Part shown: positions 35,746 through 45,015 of the stretch, in pieces
How the letters are laid out: the number at the start of each line of letters is the position of its first letter
Numbering within the stretch: position 1 is the stretch's first letter
Virus record (IMG/VR): IMGVR_UViG_3300027896_005002
Span: 1 to 59,487 of that record
Length of the DNA stretch: 59,487 bases
DNA from: a virus
Reading direction: 5' to 3' (one strand)
Program-made: the position numbers and the translations under genes
Notes under the pieces: generated by a model
Told to the model about the DNA's origin: nothing
The model's input: only the letters and a program-made list of their open reading frames with translations
Database searches by the model: none

Positions 35746-38313
35746 CTAATCTTCATCTTTTGATTCAATAACAGCATCATCAACATCTGATTCTTGAATA
35801 CCCTCAAGCATTTTTTCATCAGTAACTACACCGATATATGCTACAGCAGCAATTGAATCATCCTTTAGTTTTTGAATTTTACAACCTTGTGTATTTCGAC
35901 CAAGTTTATGAATTTGATTTATTCTTAATCTTATTAATATCCCCTTTTGTGTAATGACAATAAATTGTTCATCTTCATTTTCAATAACATTTGCAGATAT
36001 AATCTTTCCTGTAACAATATTAACATTCATGCAAATTATACCACAACCACCTCGATTCTGTGTTCTAAATTTTGTTAATACAGTCTTTTTAGAATATCCA
36101 CGCTCAGTAACAACTATTAAACAACTTGATTCAATTTTTATCAAATTTGAAGAAACAATACAATCATTATCTGATAATTTAATTCCTCTAATACCAATAC
36201 TATGTTTTCCTGCAGCTCTAACAGAACTACTTGGAAATCGAATTGACATTCCTCCTCTTGTAACTAATAATAAGTCAACATCATGATCCAATAGTTTTAC
36301 ATCTACTAATGAATCATCATTTTCCAAACCAATTATCATTGTACCCGTAGATCGAGGTCTTTGTAATTTCTCAGCTTTTAATTTCTTAACCTGACCATTT
36401 TTGGTAACAATAATAAAATGCTTACCTGTTAAATCTGATATTGGAATAACCCTAACAACTTTTTCATTTTCATTTAATTTTAAAATATTTAATATTGAAC
36501 TACCGGCTGCAGTTCTTCCCAAAGAGGGTATGTCATAAGCATTCATCTTATAACATAAGCCTTTATTTGTAAAAACCAATGTATAACTTCTAGTTGATAG
36601 TTGAAAAATACTTTCTACATAATCTTCATCCTTAATATCAACACCAATTAATCCTCTTCCTTTAACATTTTGCAATTTATATTCAGTTACTGGTGTTCGT
36701 TTAACTAATCCATTATGAGTAACTGTGATAACAACATCTTCCTCTTGTATTTCCTCAATATCATCAATATTTTTTTCATTCTCATCAATATCTAAAATCT
36801 TCGTCTTTCTTTCATCTCCAAACCGTGTTTTAATATCAATCAATTCATCTTTTATTTGCTTAATTATCAAATCTTCAGATTCTAAAAATTCGGTCAACTT
36901 TTTGATAATTTTGGCAATTTCTATATGGTCATTAACAATTGTATCGCGTTCAAATTGAGCTAATTTCTGAATCCTCAAATCTAGAATTGCTTTGATTTGA
37001 ATATCATCCAATCCATATTTTCTTAATTTTGTATATGTTTCCTCAGTCGAAGAAGATGTTTTAACATCTATCAATATTTGATCCAAATTATCAAAGACAA
37101 TTAAAAATCCTTCTAAAATATGACATCGTTCTTTGTTCTTTCTTAATTCAAATTCGGCGCGTCTAATAACAATATCTTTTCTATGAATTAAAAAATGTTT
37201 AAATATTTCCTTCAATCCAACCATCCTTGGCATGTTATTTACTAATGCTCTCATATAAATAGCATGCTTACATTGCAATTCTGTGCGTCGATATAAAGTA
37301 TTCAAAACCATTGAAGCTTGAACACCTTTTCGTAATTCAATTACAATCCTAGTTCCTGTTTTATCAGATTCATCTCGCAGATCAGCTATACCATCAATAC
37401 CTTCTAACTTTTCTTCCTTACTCTGATATAACTCCGCAATACGAGTAATTAAATTTTCTCTATCTAATTGATATGGTAATTCCGTAATGATAATCCTATG
37501 TTTTTTGCCTTTTTCATCAATTTCTGCTTTTGCTCTTAAAGTAACAGAACCTCGACCAGTTTCATAAATTTGAGCAAGATTTGTTTTAAACATATAAGCA
37601 CCAGATGGAAAATCTGGACCTTTAATATACTGCATCAATTCCTGAACAGTAATATCTTCATTAGCAATATAAGCAATTAAAGCATCAACTACTTCAGTTA
37701 AATTATGTGGTGGAGTAGATGTAGCCATACCGACTGCAATTCCAAGTGATCCATTTATCAAAAATAGCGGCACTTTCGTTGGCAATACTTTGGGTTCCTG
37801 TAACGTACCATCATAATTTGGCATAAAATCCACAGTATCTTTATCAAGATCTGCCAATATTACATCATCCGAGATTTTTGCCAATTTCATTTCTGTATAT
37901 CGATGAGCAGCTGGAGGATCTTCTAACGATCCAAAATTTCCTTGACCAAAAATTAACGGATATCTTGTAGTAAAAGGTTGTACTAATCTAACAGCAGCTC
38001 CATAACTTTCACCGTGAGGATGATATTTGGCCATTACAGTGCCAACAACATTTGCAGATTTTTTTGTAACTTTATTATTGGTTAAACCCATTTCATGCAT
38101 TGTATATAAAATTCTACGAGCAACAGGTTTTAACCCATCACAAATATCTGGTAATGCTCTTTCCTTAATAACACTTAAAGCATAAGCCAAATACATCTTT
38201 GGTAAAATTTCGTGCGCTTTAACGTCAAATTGACCAATTTCTATGCCAATATTAACGTCAACTTCGTCGCCTTCATCAATATCATCTAATTCATCAGACA
38301 TTCTTACCACCAT
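35746..38313 (-). CDS. gyrA: DNA gyrase subunit A (type IIA topoisomerase A subunit, with C-terminal beta-pinwheel region)
   Basis: Seen in sequence: AYALSVIKERALPDICDGLKPVARRILYTMHE; KYHPHGESYGAAVRLVQ; the active-site tyrosine context AAHRYTEMKL; 855 aa. An alternative ATG start at 38301 (MSDELDD) is possible. Confidence 0.9.
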   Translation of the reverse strand: MVVRMSDELDDIDEGDEVDVNIGIEIGQFDVKAHEILPKMYLAYALSVIKERALPDICDGLKPVARRILYTMHEMGLTNNKVTKKSANVVGTVMAKYHPHGESYGAAVRLVQPFTTRYPLIFGQGNFGSLEDPPAAHRYTEMKLAKISDDVILADLDKDTVDFMPNYDGTLQEPKVLPTKVPLFLINGSLGIAVGMATSTPPHNLTEVVDALIAYIANEDITVQELMQYIKGPDFPSGAYMFKTNLAQIYETGRGSVTLRAKAEIDEKGKKHRIIITELPYQLDRENLITRIAELYQSKEEKLEGIDGIADLRDESDKTGTRIVIELRKGVQASMVLNTLYRRTELQCKHAIYMRALVNNMPRMVGLKEIFKHFLIHRKDIVIRRAEFELRKNKERCHILEGFLIVFDNLDQILIDVKTSSSTEETYTKLRKYGLDDIQIKAILDLRIQKLAQFERDTIVNDHIEIAKIIKKLTEFLESEDLIIKQIKDELIDIKTRFGDERKTKILDIDENEKNIDDIEEIQEEDVVITVTHNGLVKRTPVTEYKLQNVKGRGLIGVDIKDEDYVESIFQLSTRSYTLVFTNKGLCYKMNAYDIPSLGRTAAGSSILNILKLNENEKVVRVIPISDLTGKHFIIVTKNGQVKKLKAEKLQRPRSTGTMIIGLENDDSLVDVKLLDHDVDLLLVTRGGMSIRFPSSSVRAAGKHSIGIRGIKLSDNDCIVSSNLIKIESSCLIVVTERGYSKKTVLTKFRTQNRGGCGIICMNVNIVTGKIISANVIENEDEQFIVITQKGILIRLRINQIHKLGRNTQGCKIQKLKDDSIAAVAYIGVVTDEKMLEGIQESDVDDAVIESKDED

Positions 38314-38603
38314 CTTTTCATATGTTCACGAAGCTTTTTAAAATCATTTGTCATCATTGCATCATTAGCAAGTTCTATCAATTCATCTTGAAATATTCCA
38401 TAAGCAAAATTATATATTCTTGCTTTCTCATTAGCATTTATAGTTTTTTCAATATAATAAGCACATTTATTTGCACTATGAGCATGTGCACCGTTTCCAA
38501 AATTTTTTAATTTCCTAATTACTTCTTCTGCTTCATTTTTTTGATCTAATATCTCATTAAATTTTCGTTCTAACATATTAAGCATCAATTTCAGATTCAT
38601 CAA
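38304..38603 (-). CDS. Hypothetical 99-aa protein encoded between gyrB and gyrA
   Basis: ORF overlapping both gyrase genes (26 nt with gyrB, 10 nt with gyrA); helical and charged. Confidence 0.4.
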   Translation of the reverse strand: MMNLKLMLNMLERKFNEILDQKNEAEEVIRKLKNFGNGAHAHSANKCAYYIEKTINANEKARIYNFAYGIFQDELIELANDAMMTNDFKKLREHMKRWW

Positions 38604-40491
38604 TTGTTAAAGCATTTGTTGTAATATATTCTTTTCGAGGACCAACGTCATCACTCATTAATATTTTGAAAATATTATCAGTTTCTATGTCATCAGTAAT
38701 AATAACTCTTGCGAGTCTTCGCGTTTTAGGATCCATTGTTGTCACAGCTAATTGTTCAGGATTCATTTCACCTAAACCTTTAAACCGTGTAATAATTGCG
38801 CTTTCTGCATTCTTAGCATTTTTCTTCCATGCTGTCAATTCTTCATCATCATTTACATATTGATCATGTTTACCTACTCTTATTTTATATAATGGAGGCT
38901 GTGCTAAATAAATATGACCTTCTGTTATCAATGGTTTCATATATCGATAAAATAATGTTAATAATAATGATCGAATATGAGCGCCATCAACATCGGCATC
39001 CGTCATAATAATAACTTTTGAATATCGTAATTTTGATAGATCATTTGTTTCAATGTTATATCCAATAGAAGCAATTAATGATTGAATTTCTTTATTATCC
39101 AATATTTTCGTTAATACATTCTTTTCAACATTTAATACTTTACCTTTTAATGATAATACTGCTTGAAAATCCCGATCTCTACCTTGTTTTGCAGACCCGG
39201 CAGCACTTTCTCCTTCAACAATCAATAATTCACATTTTTCAGGATTTTTGCATGAACAATCAGTCAATTTTCCAGGTAATGAAAATGATGACAAAATATT
39301 TTTTCGTCGAACAGTATCCCTTGCTTTTCTAGCCTCTTCAGCTGCAATACATGCCTGAGCAATTTTACCAGCAATTGCCATTGCTGTATCATTAAATTCT
39401 GCAAAATAATCATTTATTGCTTTTAAAACTTGATCGTAGACTATTTTTTTGATTTCTGGATTACCTAATGTAGATTTTGTTTGACCTTCAAATTCAGGAT
39501 TAGGTAATTTTATGGAGATGATAGCTGTTAGACCTTCAAGAATATCTCTTGGTGTTGGTCTAATATCTAATCCTTTATATAATTTTTTCTTTTCTGAGTA
39601 AATAAGAATAGCATCTAATAATGCAGATTTAAATCCAGATAAATGTGATCCACCATCTCGAGTATTTACATTATTTGCAAATGATAAAACTTCTTCTGAA
39701 TATGTTTTATTATATTGAAATGCTATTTCAATTCTTATTTTTTCAATTTGCTCATCCAAATAAATAATTGGACTAATTACTTCTTTGTCATTATTTAAAT
39801 TTTCAATAAATGCAGTTATTCCACCATCAGAGAAAAATTCAACTTTTTCATTAGTTTTTTCATCTAAAAGAATTATTTTAACGCCTTTATTCAAATACGC
39901 CAATTGTTGTAATCGATTATAAAGAATTTTGTATTGAAATTCAATAGTTTGAAAAATACTATGATCAGGTTTAAACTTAATTTCAGTTCCAGTTAACTTA
40001 GAACTTTGGCCTTTAATAAGAGGACCTGTAATTACCCCCTTTTTATATGATTGTGACCATGAAAATCCATCTCTACAAACTGTTAAAAACAAATCTTCCG
40101 ATAAAAAATTAACTGCTGATACACCCACACCATGTAAACCTGATGATGTCTTATATGAATCATTATCAAATTTTCCACCTGAACGAAATGTCGTCATTAC
40201 CATTTCTACAGCAGGTTTATTCGTATCCGGATGGATATCAACAGGTATTCCTCGACCATTATCTTTTACAGTTACAAAACCATCTTTATGAATGACACAA
40301 GTTATTTCATCACCATAACCATTTGTAATTTCATCAATACAATTATCTACGACTTCATATACTAAATGATGTAATCCAAAAGATCCTGTGTCACCAATAT
40401 ACATTGCAGGTCTTAATCTGCAATGAGTTCTATCATCCATTTGTTGGATAGATCTTGCATCATATTTTTTGTCTACGACATCATTATTCAT
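38578..40491 (-). CDS. gyrB: DNA gyrase subunit B (GHKL ATPase plus Toprim)
   Basis: Seen in sequence: GLHHLVYEVVDNCIDE; LHGVGVSAVN; a Toprim segment LLIVEGESAAGSAKQGRDRDFQAVLSLKGKVLNVEK; PLYK; 637 aa (the short Gram-positive type length). Confidence 0.9.
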   Translation of the reverse strand: MNNDVVDKKYDARSIQQMDDRTHCRLRPAMYIGDTGSFGLHHLVYEVVDNCIDEITNGYGDEITCVIHKDGFVTVKDNGRGIPVDIHPDTNKPAVEMVMTTFRSGGKFDNDSYKTSSGLHGVGVSAVNFLSEDLFLTVCRDGFSWSQSYKKGVITGPLIKGQSSKLTGTEIKFKPDHSIFQTIEFQYKILYNRLQQLAYLNKGVKIILLDEKTNEKVEFFSDGGITAFIENLNNDKEVISPIIYLDEQIEKIRIEIAFQYNKTYSEEVLSFANNVNTRDGGSHLSGFKSALLDAILIYSEKKKLYKGLDIRPTPRDILEGLTAIISIKLPNPEFEGQTKSTLGNPEIKKIVYDQVLKAINDYFAEFNDTAMAIAGKIAQACIAAEEARKARDTVRRKNILSSFSLPGKLTDCSCKNPEKCELLIVEGESAAGSAKQGRDRDFQAVLSLKGKVLNVEKNVLTKILDNKEIQSLIASIGYNIETNDLSKLRYSKVIIMTDADVDGAHIRSLLLTLFYRYMKPLITEGHIYLAQPPLYKIRVGKHDQYVNDDEELTAWKKNAKNAESAIITRFKGLGEMNPEQLAVTTMDPKTRRLARVIITDDIETDNIFKILMSDDVGPRKEYITTNALTIDESEIDA

Positions 40492-40555
40492 ATAGTCTCC
40501 ATATATATATAATCACAATTTTAGTCATAGAAATCATAGATTTATAACAAAGATT

Positions 40556-40822
40556 TTATTGAAGATCATTGACTGATGATACCGATTTATTATGATTTGC
40601 AGCTTTTTTTCCAGCTTTTAAATTTTTTTCAGTCATTGATTTTTTAAAGCGAGAACTTGAGGATGAAAATCCATCACCTTTTAAAATAAATCCCGATCCA
40701 CCTGTAATTAATCTGTGTGTACTGTCTTTACATTTATTACACTTTATTTCTGGAGTTTCATTTACACCATGCATTTCTTCTTGTATATTACCACAATTAT
40801 TGCATTCATATTCATATATCAT
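40556..40822 (-). CDS. FmdB-family zinc-ribbon protein (paralog of 31643..32041)
   Basis: Seen in sequence: MIYEYECNNCGNIQEE...CNKCKDS. Confidence 0.55.
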   Translation of the reverse strand: MIYEYECNNCGNIQEEMHGVNETPEIKCNKCKDSTHRLITGGSGFILKGDGFSSSSSRFKKSMTEKNLKAGKKAANHNKSVSSVNDLQ

Positions 40823-41208
40823 TTTTTCTTATCCTTTGTTACTGATTTTTTATACCAGTCTATTAATCTTTCCCTTACATTTTCAAAACTACCTAAATGA
40901 AAGTTCTCAACCTCCTTACCATATTTCCATAAACTACCTACTAAAAATGATTTTTTAGCATCCCAAGAAATTACAGCATTAGCATATTTACCAATTATAT
41001 AAATAGGAGCACTTTGTGTCTTAAATAATTTTATAGCTTCATCAACAGCTTTTACATTTGATAACAACCAACCATTACGAACTATACCATTGTCGGTAAC
41101 ATAATTCATATGTTTAACAGCAAATTTCATCTTAAGCATTAAATTAGTTTGATCAAATAATGCAGCAACAGGAATTCTTGATCCTTTTTTAATTGACTTC
41201 ATTTGCAT
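40819..41208 (-). CDS. Hypothetical protein (129 aa)
   Basis: ORF in the coupled operon. APIYIIGKY...W vaguely recalls nucleoside 2-deoxyribosyltransferase-like folds; I do not claim that assignment. Confidence 0.4.
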   Translation of the reverse strand: MQMKSIKKGSRIPVAALFDQTNLMLKMKFAVKHMNYVTDNGIVRNGWLLSNVKAVDEAIKLFKTQSAPIYIIGKYANAVISWDAKKSFLVGSLWKYGKEVENFHLGSFENVRERLIDWYKKSVTKDKKK

Positions 41209-41390
41209 TGTTCCAAAAGAATGATATCTTTTTTCCTTATTGTTATTTTATGACCTCTAATATCTCTAACCGTTATAAATCTTCTAAAACTAAATATACT
41301 TTTAAACTGTTTTTCTACTTTTTTAAATTCACCATCATTAACAATAATGCCAATAGCATTATTTAATTGTATTATATTTTGATTATGCAT
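41199..41390 (-). CDS. Hypothetical small protein (63 aa)
   Basis: ORF overlapping both neighbours. Confidence 0.3.
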   Translation of the reverse strand: MHNQNIIQLNNAIGIIVNDGEFKKVEKQFKSIFSFRRFITVRDIRGHKITIRKKDIILLEQCK

Positions 41391-42006
41391 TTAACACAGT
41401 TTTAATTTCAGAAGCAATTTGGTTTATATATCCTTCTCGTTCATTCATTGGCATATATGTAAAAATATAACTCGTATGAAATGCACTAACAATAGGTTTA
41501 TTAAGTTTCAATCTTTTTATTGCAACTTTTGCTGCTTTACCAAATGTAACTATTAATTTTATATTTTGCATTAATGCAATTCTTTTTGCTAAATACGACA
41601 AACAATTATCAATTTCATCTATTGTTGGTCGTCGATATTCTGGAGGACTACAACATACTGCATTAAAATGTTGTATATCTTCCCATCCTACATTTGCACG
41701 ACCGTAAATCTCCATCAATAATTTTCCAACTCTTGCAATATTTTGTATCCTATTGTCATATATATCGTGAAATTGTTCTAATTTTTCAATGTAAACTTCA
41801 CCTTTATGTGGCTTATATACACCCGGTGCTTCAGCAATAGAACATATTCTAGCATTAAGATAATGATTAAAATCAAATCCTAAAACTGGACAATTATGAA
41901 TTCTTTTTTGTCGTAAAGTAAACAATTCCTCACATTTATTACAATTAAAGATTTCTTTTTCAAGATCATTTATTCTTTGCTTTAATAATGAATGTTTCAT
42001 TCCCAA
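41383..42006 (-). CDS. Uracil-DNA glycosylase family-4-like protein (Fe-S type; catalytic competence uncertain)
   Basis: Seen in sequence: an N-terminal CNKCEEL pair, motif-A-like SIAEAPGVY (cf. GEAPG), FNAVCCSPP, and motif-B-like SAFHTSYI. Confidence 0.55.
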   Translation of the reverse strand: MGMKHSLLKQRINDLEKEIFNCNKCEELFTLRQKRIHNCPVLGFDFNHYLNARICSIAEAPGVYKPHKGEVYIEKLEQFHDIYDNRIQNIARVGKLLMEIYGRANVGWEDIQHFNAVCCSPPEYRRPTIDEIDNCLSYLAKRIALMQNIKLIVTFGKAAKVAIKRLKLNKPIVSAFHTSYIFTYMPMNEREGYINQIASEIKTVLNA

Positions 42007-42191
42007 ACACTTGCAGCATCAGCTAAGCCATCCGGTCGAGTATCATCATTTTCATCTTCAACCGGTTGTGTATATTTACATTTAGGATAATTCGTACAAC
42101 CTAAAAATCGTTTATTTTCTCTATTTTTTCGTTTAATTAATCTACCATCACATCTAGGACAGTCCCAAATTGTAATATCATCATCTTTCAT
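41997..42191 (-). CDS. Stand-alone topoisomerase-type C4 zinc-finger protein (64 aa) with acidic tail
   Basis: Seen in sequence: WDCPRCDGRLIKRKNRENKRFLGCTNYPKCKYTQP matches the CPxCG..L..R.gR.G.FlGCsnYPkCkyT zinc-finger pattern, of which topA in this window carries two copies. Confidence 0.6.
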   Translation of the reverse strand: MKDDDITIWDCPRCDGRLIKRKNRENKRFLGCTNYPKCKYTQPVEDENDDTRPDGLADAASVWE

Positions 42192-43258
42192 AAAAATATC
42201 GGCCTTTTTTGAATATTACTATTAAGAAACACATTTATATGATCATATCTGTCACAATATTTACACTGCTCAAAGCATTTACTACAATTCAAAAATTTGT
42301 TAACAATATCATAATATTTTTTACTACTATAAATATTACTTAACTTACTTTCTTTAACATTGCCAATTACAAAATCTAATTGTTGTTTGTCCATTGAAAA
42401 AACAGGTTCATACATATAACAACAAGGAAATACATTACCATCTGCAGCTATTAGTCCAAATAATTGAGGAGCAAAACAAGATTTATAATCTATATAATAA
42501 TTTGAAACAAAATGTTTTCTAACGTTACTTTTATCAATTTCTCCGCCATAAATCATTAAATCTTCGAAAATTTTAAGTATTTTAGTTTCTATTGTTTTAG
42601 ACTTTTCATCATTTCTATTTTTTTGTAAATGTGAAATTATTTCTCTCGATAACCATAAGAAAATAGGTACTTGAAAATTGTTTATCCTTAAAAACGATAT
42701 TAGATTTTTAGAAAAATTGTCTATGTTGTACTCATGAATTGTTATATTAATTCTAGTTTCACAATGTGACATTTTATTTTTTTCAAGTAATATTCTTAAA
42801 TTTTCTGTCCATTCATCAAATAAATCAACTCCACGAGTTTCTGCATAATTTTCTCTAGTAAAACCATCAGATGAAAAACGGATCCAATTACAATTTCTTG
42901 ATAATGATGTCCAATCAATATTTGGTTTTCCTAATCCAGAAGTTATTATACCAATATAGTAACCATCAGCTTTTAACTTTTCAATAATTTTTTCAATATC
43001 TTTATGTAATAACGGTTCACCTCCTGAAAAAACTATAGTTTGTAAAGTAGGAAAATTTTTCAATTCATTTAAAACATTTTGTTCTAAAACATCAGTATTA
43101 AGTTTTGTCTTTACGGGCCATTTCCAATGCTCACAACCTTTACATTTACAAACACAAAAATCAGTTAAATTAATTTGCAATGTAACCAAACACTGTTCAG
43201 GAGATGATTTAACTTTATATGCAAATGGTAATAATTTCTCATCAACAGAAAATTTCAT
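42188..43258 (-). CDS. Radical SAM enzyme with C-terminal SPASM/twitch auxiliary Fe-S domain
   Basis: Seen in sequence: LTDFCVCKCKGCEHW contains CxxxCxxC; IVFSGGEPLL; a C-terminal CFAPQLFGLIAADGNVFPCC...FVIGNVKESKLSNIYSS...CSKCFEQCKYCD fits the SPASM cysteine pattern. Confidence 0.8.
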   Translation of the reverse strand: MKFSVDEKLLPFAYKVKSSPEQCLVTLQINLTDFCVCKCKGCEHWKWPVKTKLNTDVLEQNVLNELKNFPTLQTIVFSGGEPLLHKDIEKIIEKLKADGYYIGIITSGLGKPNIDWTSLSRNCNWIRFSSDGFTRENYAETRGVDLFDEWTENLRILLEKNKMSHCETRINITIHEYNIDNFSKNLISFLRINNFQVPIFLWLSREIISHLQKNRNDEKSKTIETKILKIFEDLMIYGGEIDKSNVRKHFVSNYYIDYKSCFAPQLFGLIAADGNVFPCCYMYEPVFSMDKQQLDFVIGNVKESKLSNIYSSKKYYDIVNKFLNCSKCFEQCKYCDRYDHINVFLNSNIQKRPIFL

Positions 43259-43809
43259 AATAACACCTTAAAATTAAATTTATCATTTAAAAATTTTCTT
43301 GATATATCAATCACATCTTTAATACTATGTGATCCTGAATCTATACTAATAGATTTTATTTTTGTTTTTAAAAAAATACGATTAAAATGTGATGTTAATT
43401 CATCATAATCATCCTGACTATAAACATTGTTTTTATCTTTTTTTCGTGCCAATAAATATTTATAATCGCAATATAAATATATTAATGCAACTTTATATCG
43501 TGATAATTTATCATCAATCATTTCAAATCTTCTCATTGCTTTGTCTTTAGTAATACGATTAAATGCTTGACTATAAGCATATTCAGATAAATGCAAACGA
43601 TCAAATAAGATATTATAATCTCTTGACATGAATTGAGCAAACCATGCAATAGAACAGTTATTGCCTAATGCAAAATCTGATATATTTGCTATCCGGGCAT
43701 TTGCAAATTCGGGAAATAATCGTTTACTTGCGAAGAGGTCAAAGTGCTTGAAACTATTTGCTAGCGTAGATTTACCTGTATCGTGCAGACCTTCTATAAT
43801 CACAAACAT
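43255..43809 (-). CDS. P-loop deoxynucleoside/nucleotide-kinase-like protein
   Basis: Seen in sequence: Walker A VIIEGLHDTGKSTLA; FDRLHLSEYAY resembles the dNK/dNMP-kinase DR...E motif; 184 aa. Confidence 0.55.
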   Translation of the reverse strand: MFVIIEGLHDTGKSTLANSFKHFDLFASKRLFPEFANARIANISDFALGNNCSIAWFAQFMSRDYNILFDRLHLSEYAYSQAFNRITKDKAMRRFEMIDDKLSRYKVALIYLYCDYKYLLARKKDKNNVYSQDDYDELTSHFNRIFLKTKIKSISIDSGSHSIKDVIDISRKFLNDKFNFKVLL

Positions 43810-43843
43810 GATAGTATTAATTTACCATTTTTTTCATTGAATT

Positions 43844-45007
43844 TTATTCGATATCTATTTCTAACAAATCAACAACATTATCTGAATTTAAATCAATTGT
43901 TGATCCTGTTGTTTTATACATTTCAGACATAAAATTCAAATATGGATCATATCGTAAAATCCTAGATTTATCCGCATCAAATATTAACATTGTATCATCT
44001 ACTCGTCCAGGTTTTAATACCGTAATAGTTTTAGCAATATAATTTGAATCACCTGTATTTTCAAACGACGAATTAACTCTCAAAATTTTAATTCCATCAT
44101 TCAAATAAAGATAATTATTTGCAAGTTTAACCATTCCTAAATATGTAGTATCAGGCACACCTGCTATTACTTGATTTTCAAACATCGAAAAAGAATCTGT
44201 ACCTTCAACTGTTTTTAATATATTTTTAGATTTGCCACAAATAAAAAAGCTATCTACATTATATCCTCTAACAAATCCTGTTGGCATTAATTCATTGCCA
44301 TTATCCATAAGAGGTAAACTTACTTTTTTACTTACAAGATTTGTAGATATTCGTTCAATTTTAATATTTCCACTAGTCGTTAATCCCAATATATATATAT
44401 CATGCGTTATGTCATCGTTGTACAAATAATATGGTTTATGTGTTAATACAGCTGATGTACTATATAAAGTACCACTACCAACAATTGTAATATCAATTGG
44501 TATATTACTCAAAGCATTTTGATAAGTCGTTGCAACTTTAATTAAGTTTGTTGAAACAGCAATAGTATAATATGTAGTATTAACTATTAAAGGTCTTGGC
44601 ATTCTGTCAATGCCAGGATGTTTTAAATTAAATTTTATTGTATCACCTGTATGATAAATATGAGGCGTACCGTCAGTTACAATGTCATCTGTATGATTTG
44701 TTATAGTAATATTATTATCTATATTTGCAGTAACAATATTCATTTTTTGTTGTGTTATATCTGGAAATTGTCCTAAATAAGATAAATTTGAGCCTAATTT
44801 AACAATTCTATTATTATTATAATCGCATAAAAATATAAATTGATTGTCTGAATCAGCAACAACTGATGACGGAAATCGTAATGTGCCTGGCACACCATAC
44901 ACACCATAACTTGTACCGTCATAATGTGATATTGAATTATTTGAATCCAATCTTTTTACAATATGTTTATCTGTACATTGAACAACGTAGGTTTTGAAGT
45001 CACTCAT
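43844..45007 (-). CDS. NHL-repeat (six-bladed beta-propeller-like) fibre protein, paralog family member
   Basis: Seen in sequence: N-terminal YVVQCTDKHIVKRLD...YGVYGVPGTLRFPSSVVADSDNQFIFLCDYNNNRIVKL; C-terminal LNDGIKILRVNSSFENTGDSNYIAKT...LIFDADKSRILRYD. Confidence 0.55.
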   Translation of the reverse strand: MSDFKTYVVQCTDKHIVKRLDSNNSISHYDGTSYGVYGVPGTLRFPSSVVADSDNQFIFLCDYNNNRIVKLGSNLSYLGQFPDITQQKMNIVTANIDNNITITNHTDDIVTDGTPHIYHTGDTIKFNLKHPGIDRMPRPLIVNTTYYTIAVSTNLIKVATTYQNALSNIPIDITIVGSGTLYSTSAVLTHKPYYLYNDDITHDIYILGLTTSGNIKIERISTNLVSKKVSLPLMDNGNELMPTGFVRGYNVDSFFICGKSKNILKTVEGTDSFSMFENQVIAGVPDTTYLGMVKLANNYLYLNDGIKILRVNSSFENTGDSNYIAKTITVLKPGRVDDTMLIFDADKSRILRYDPYLNFMSEMYKTTGSTIDLNSDNVVDLLEIDIE

Positions 45008-45015
45008 ATATATCC

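Noticed and set aside
41997-42191. The 64-aa Cys-rich ORF upstream of the rSAM-SPASM gene as a RiPP precursor peptide
   Set aside because: Its four cysteines match the topoisomerase C4 zinc-finger spacing exactly, and it has a basic DNA-binding linker. A zinc-finger protein is the more likely explanation, though a substrate role is not excluded.
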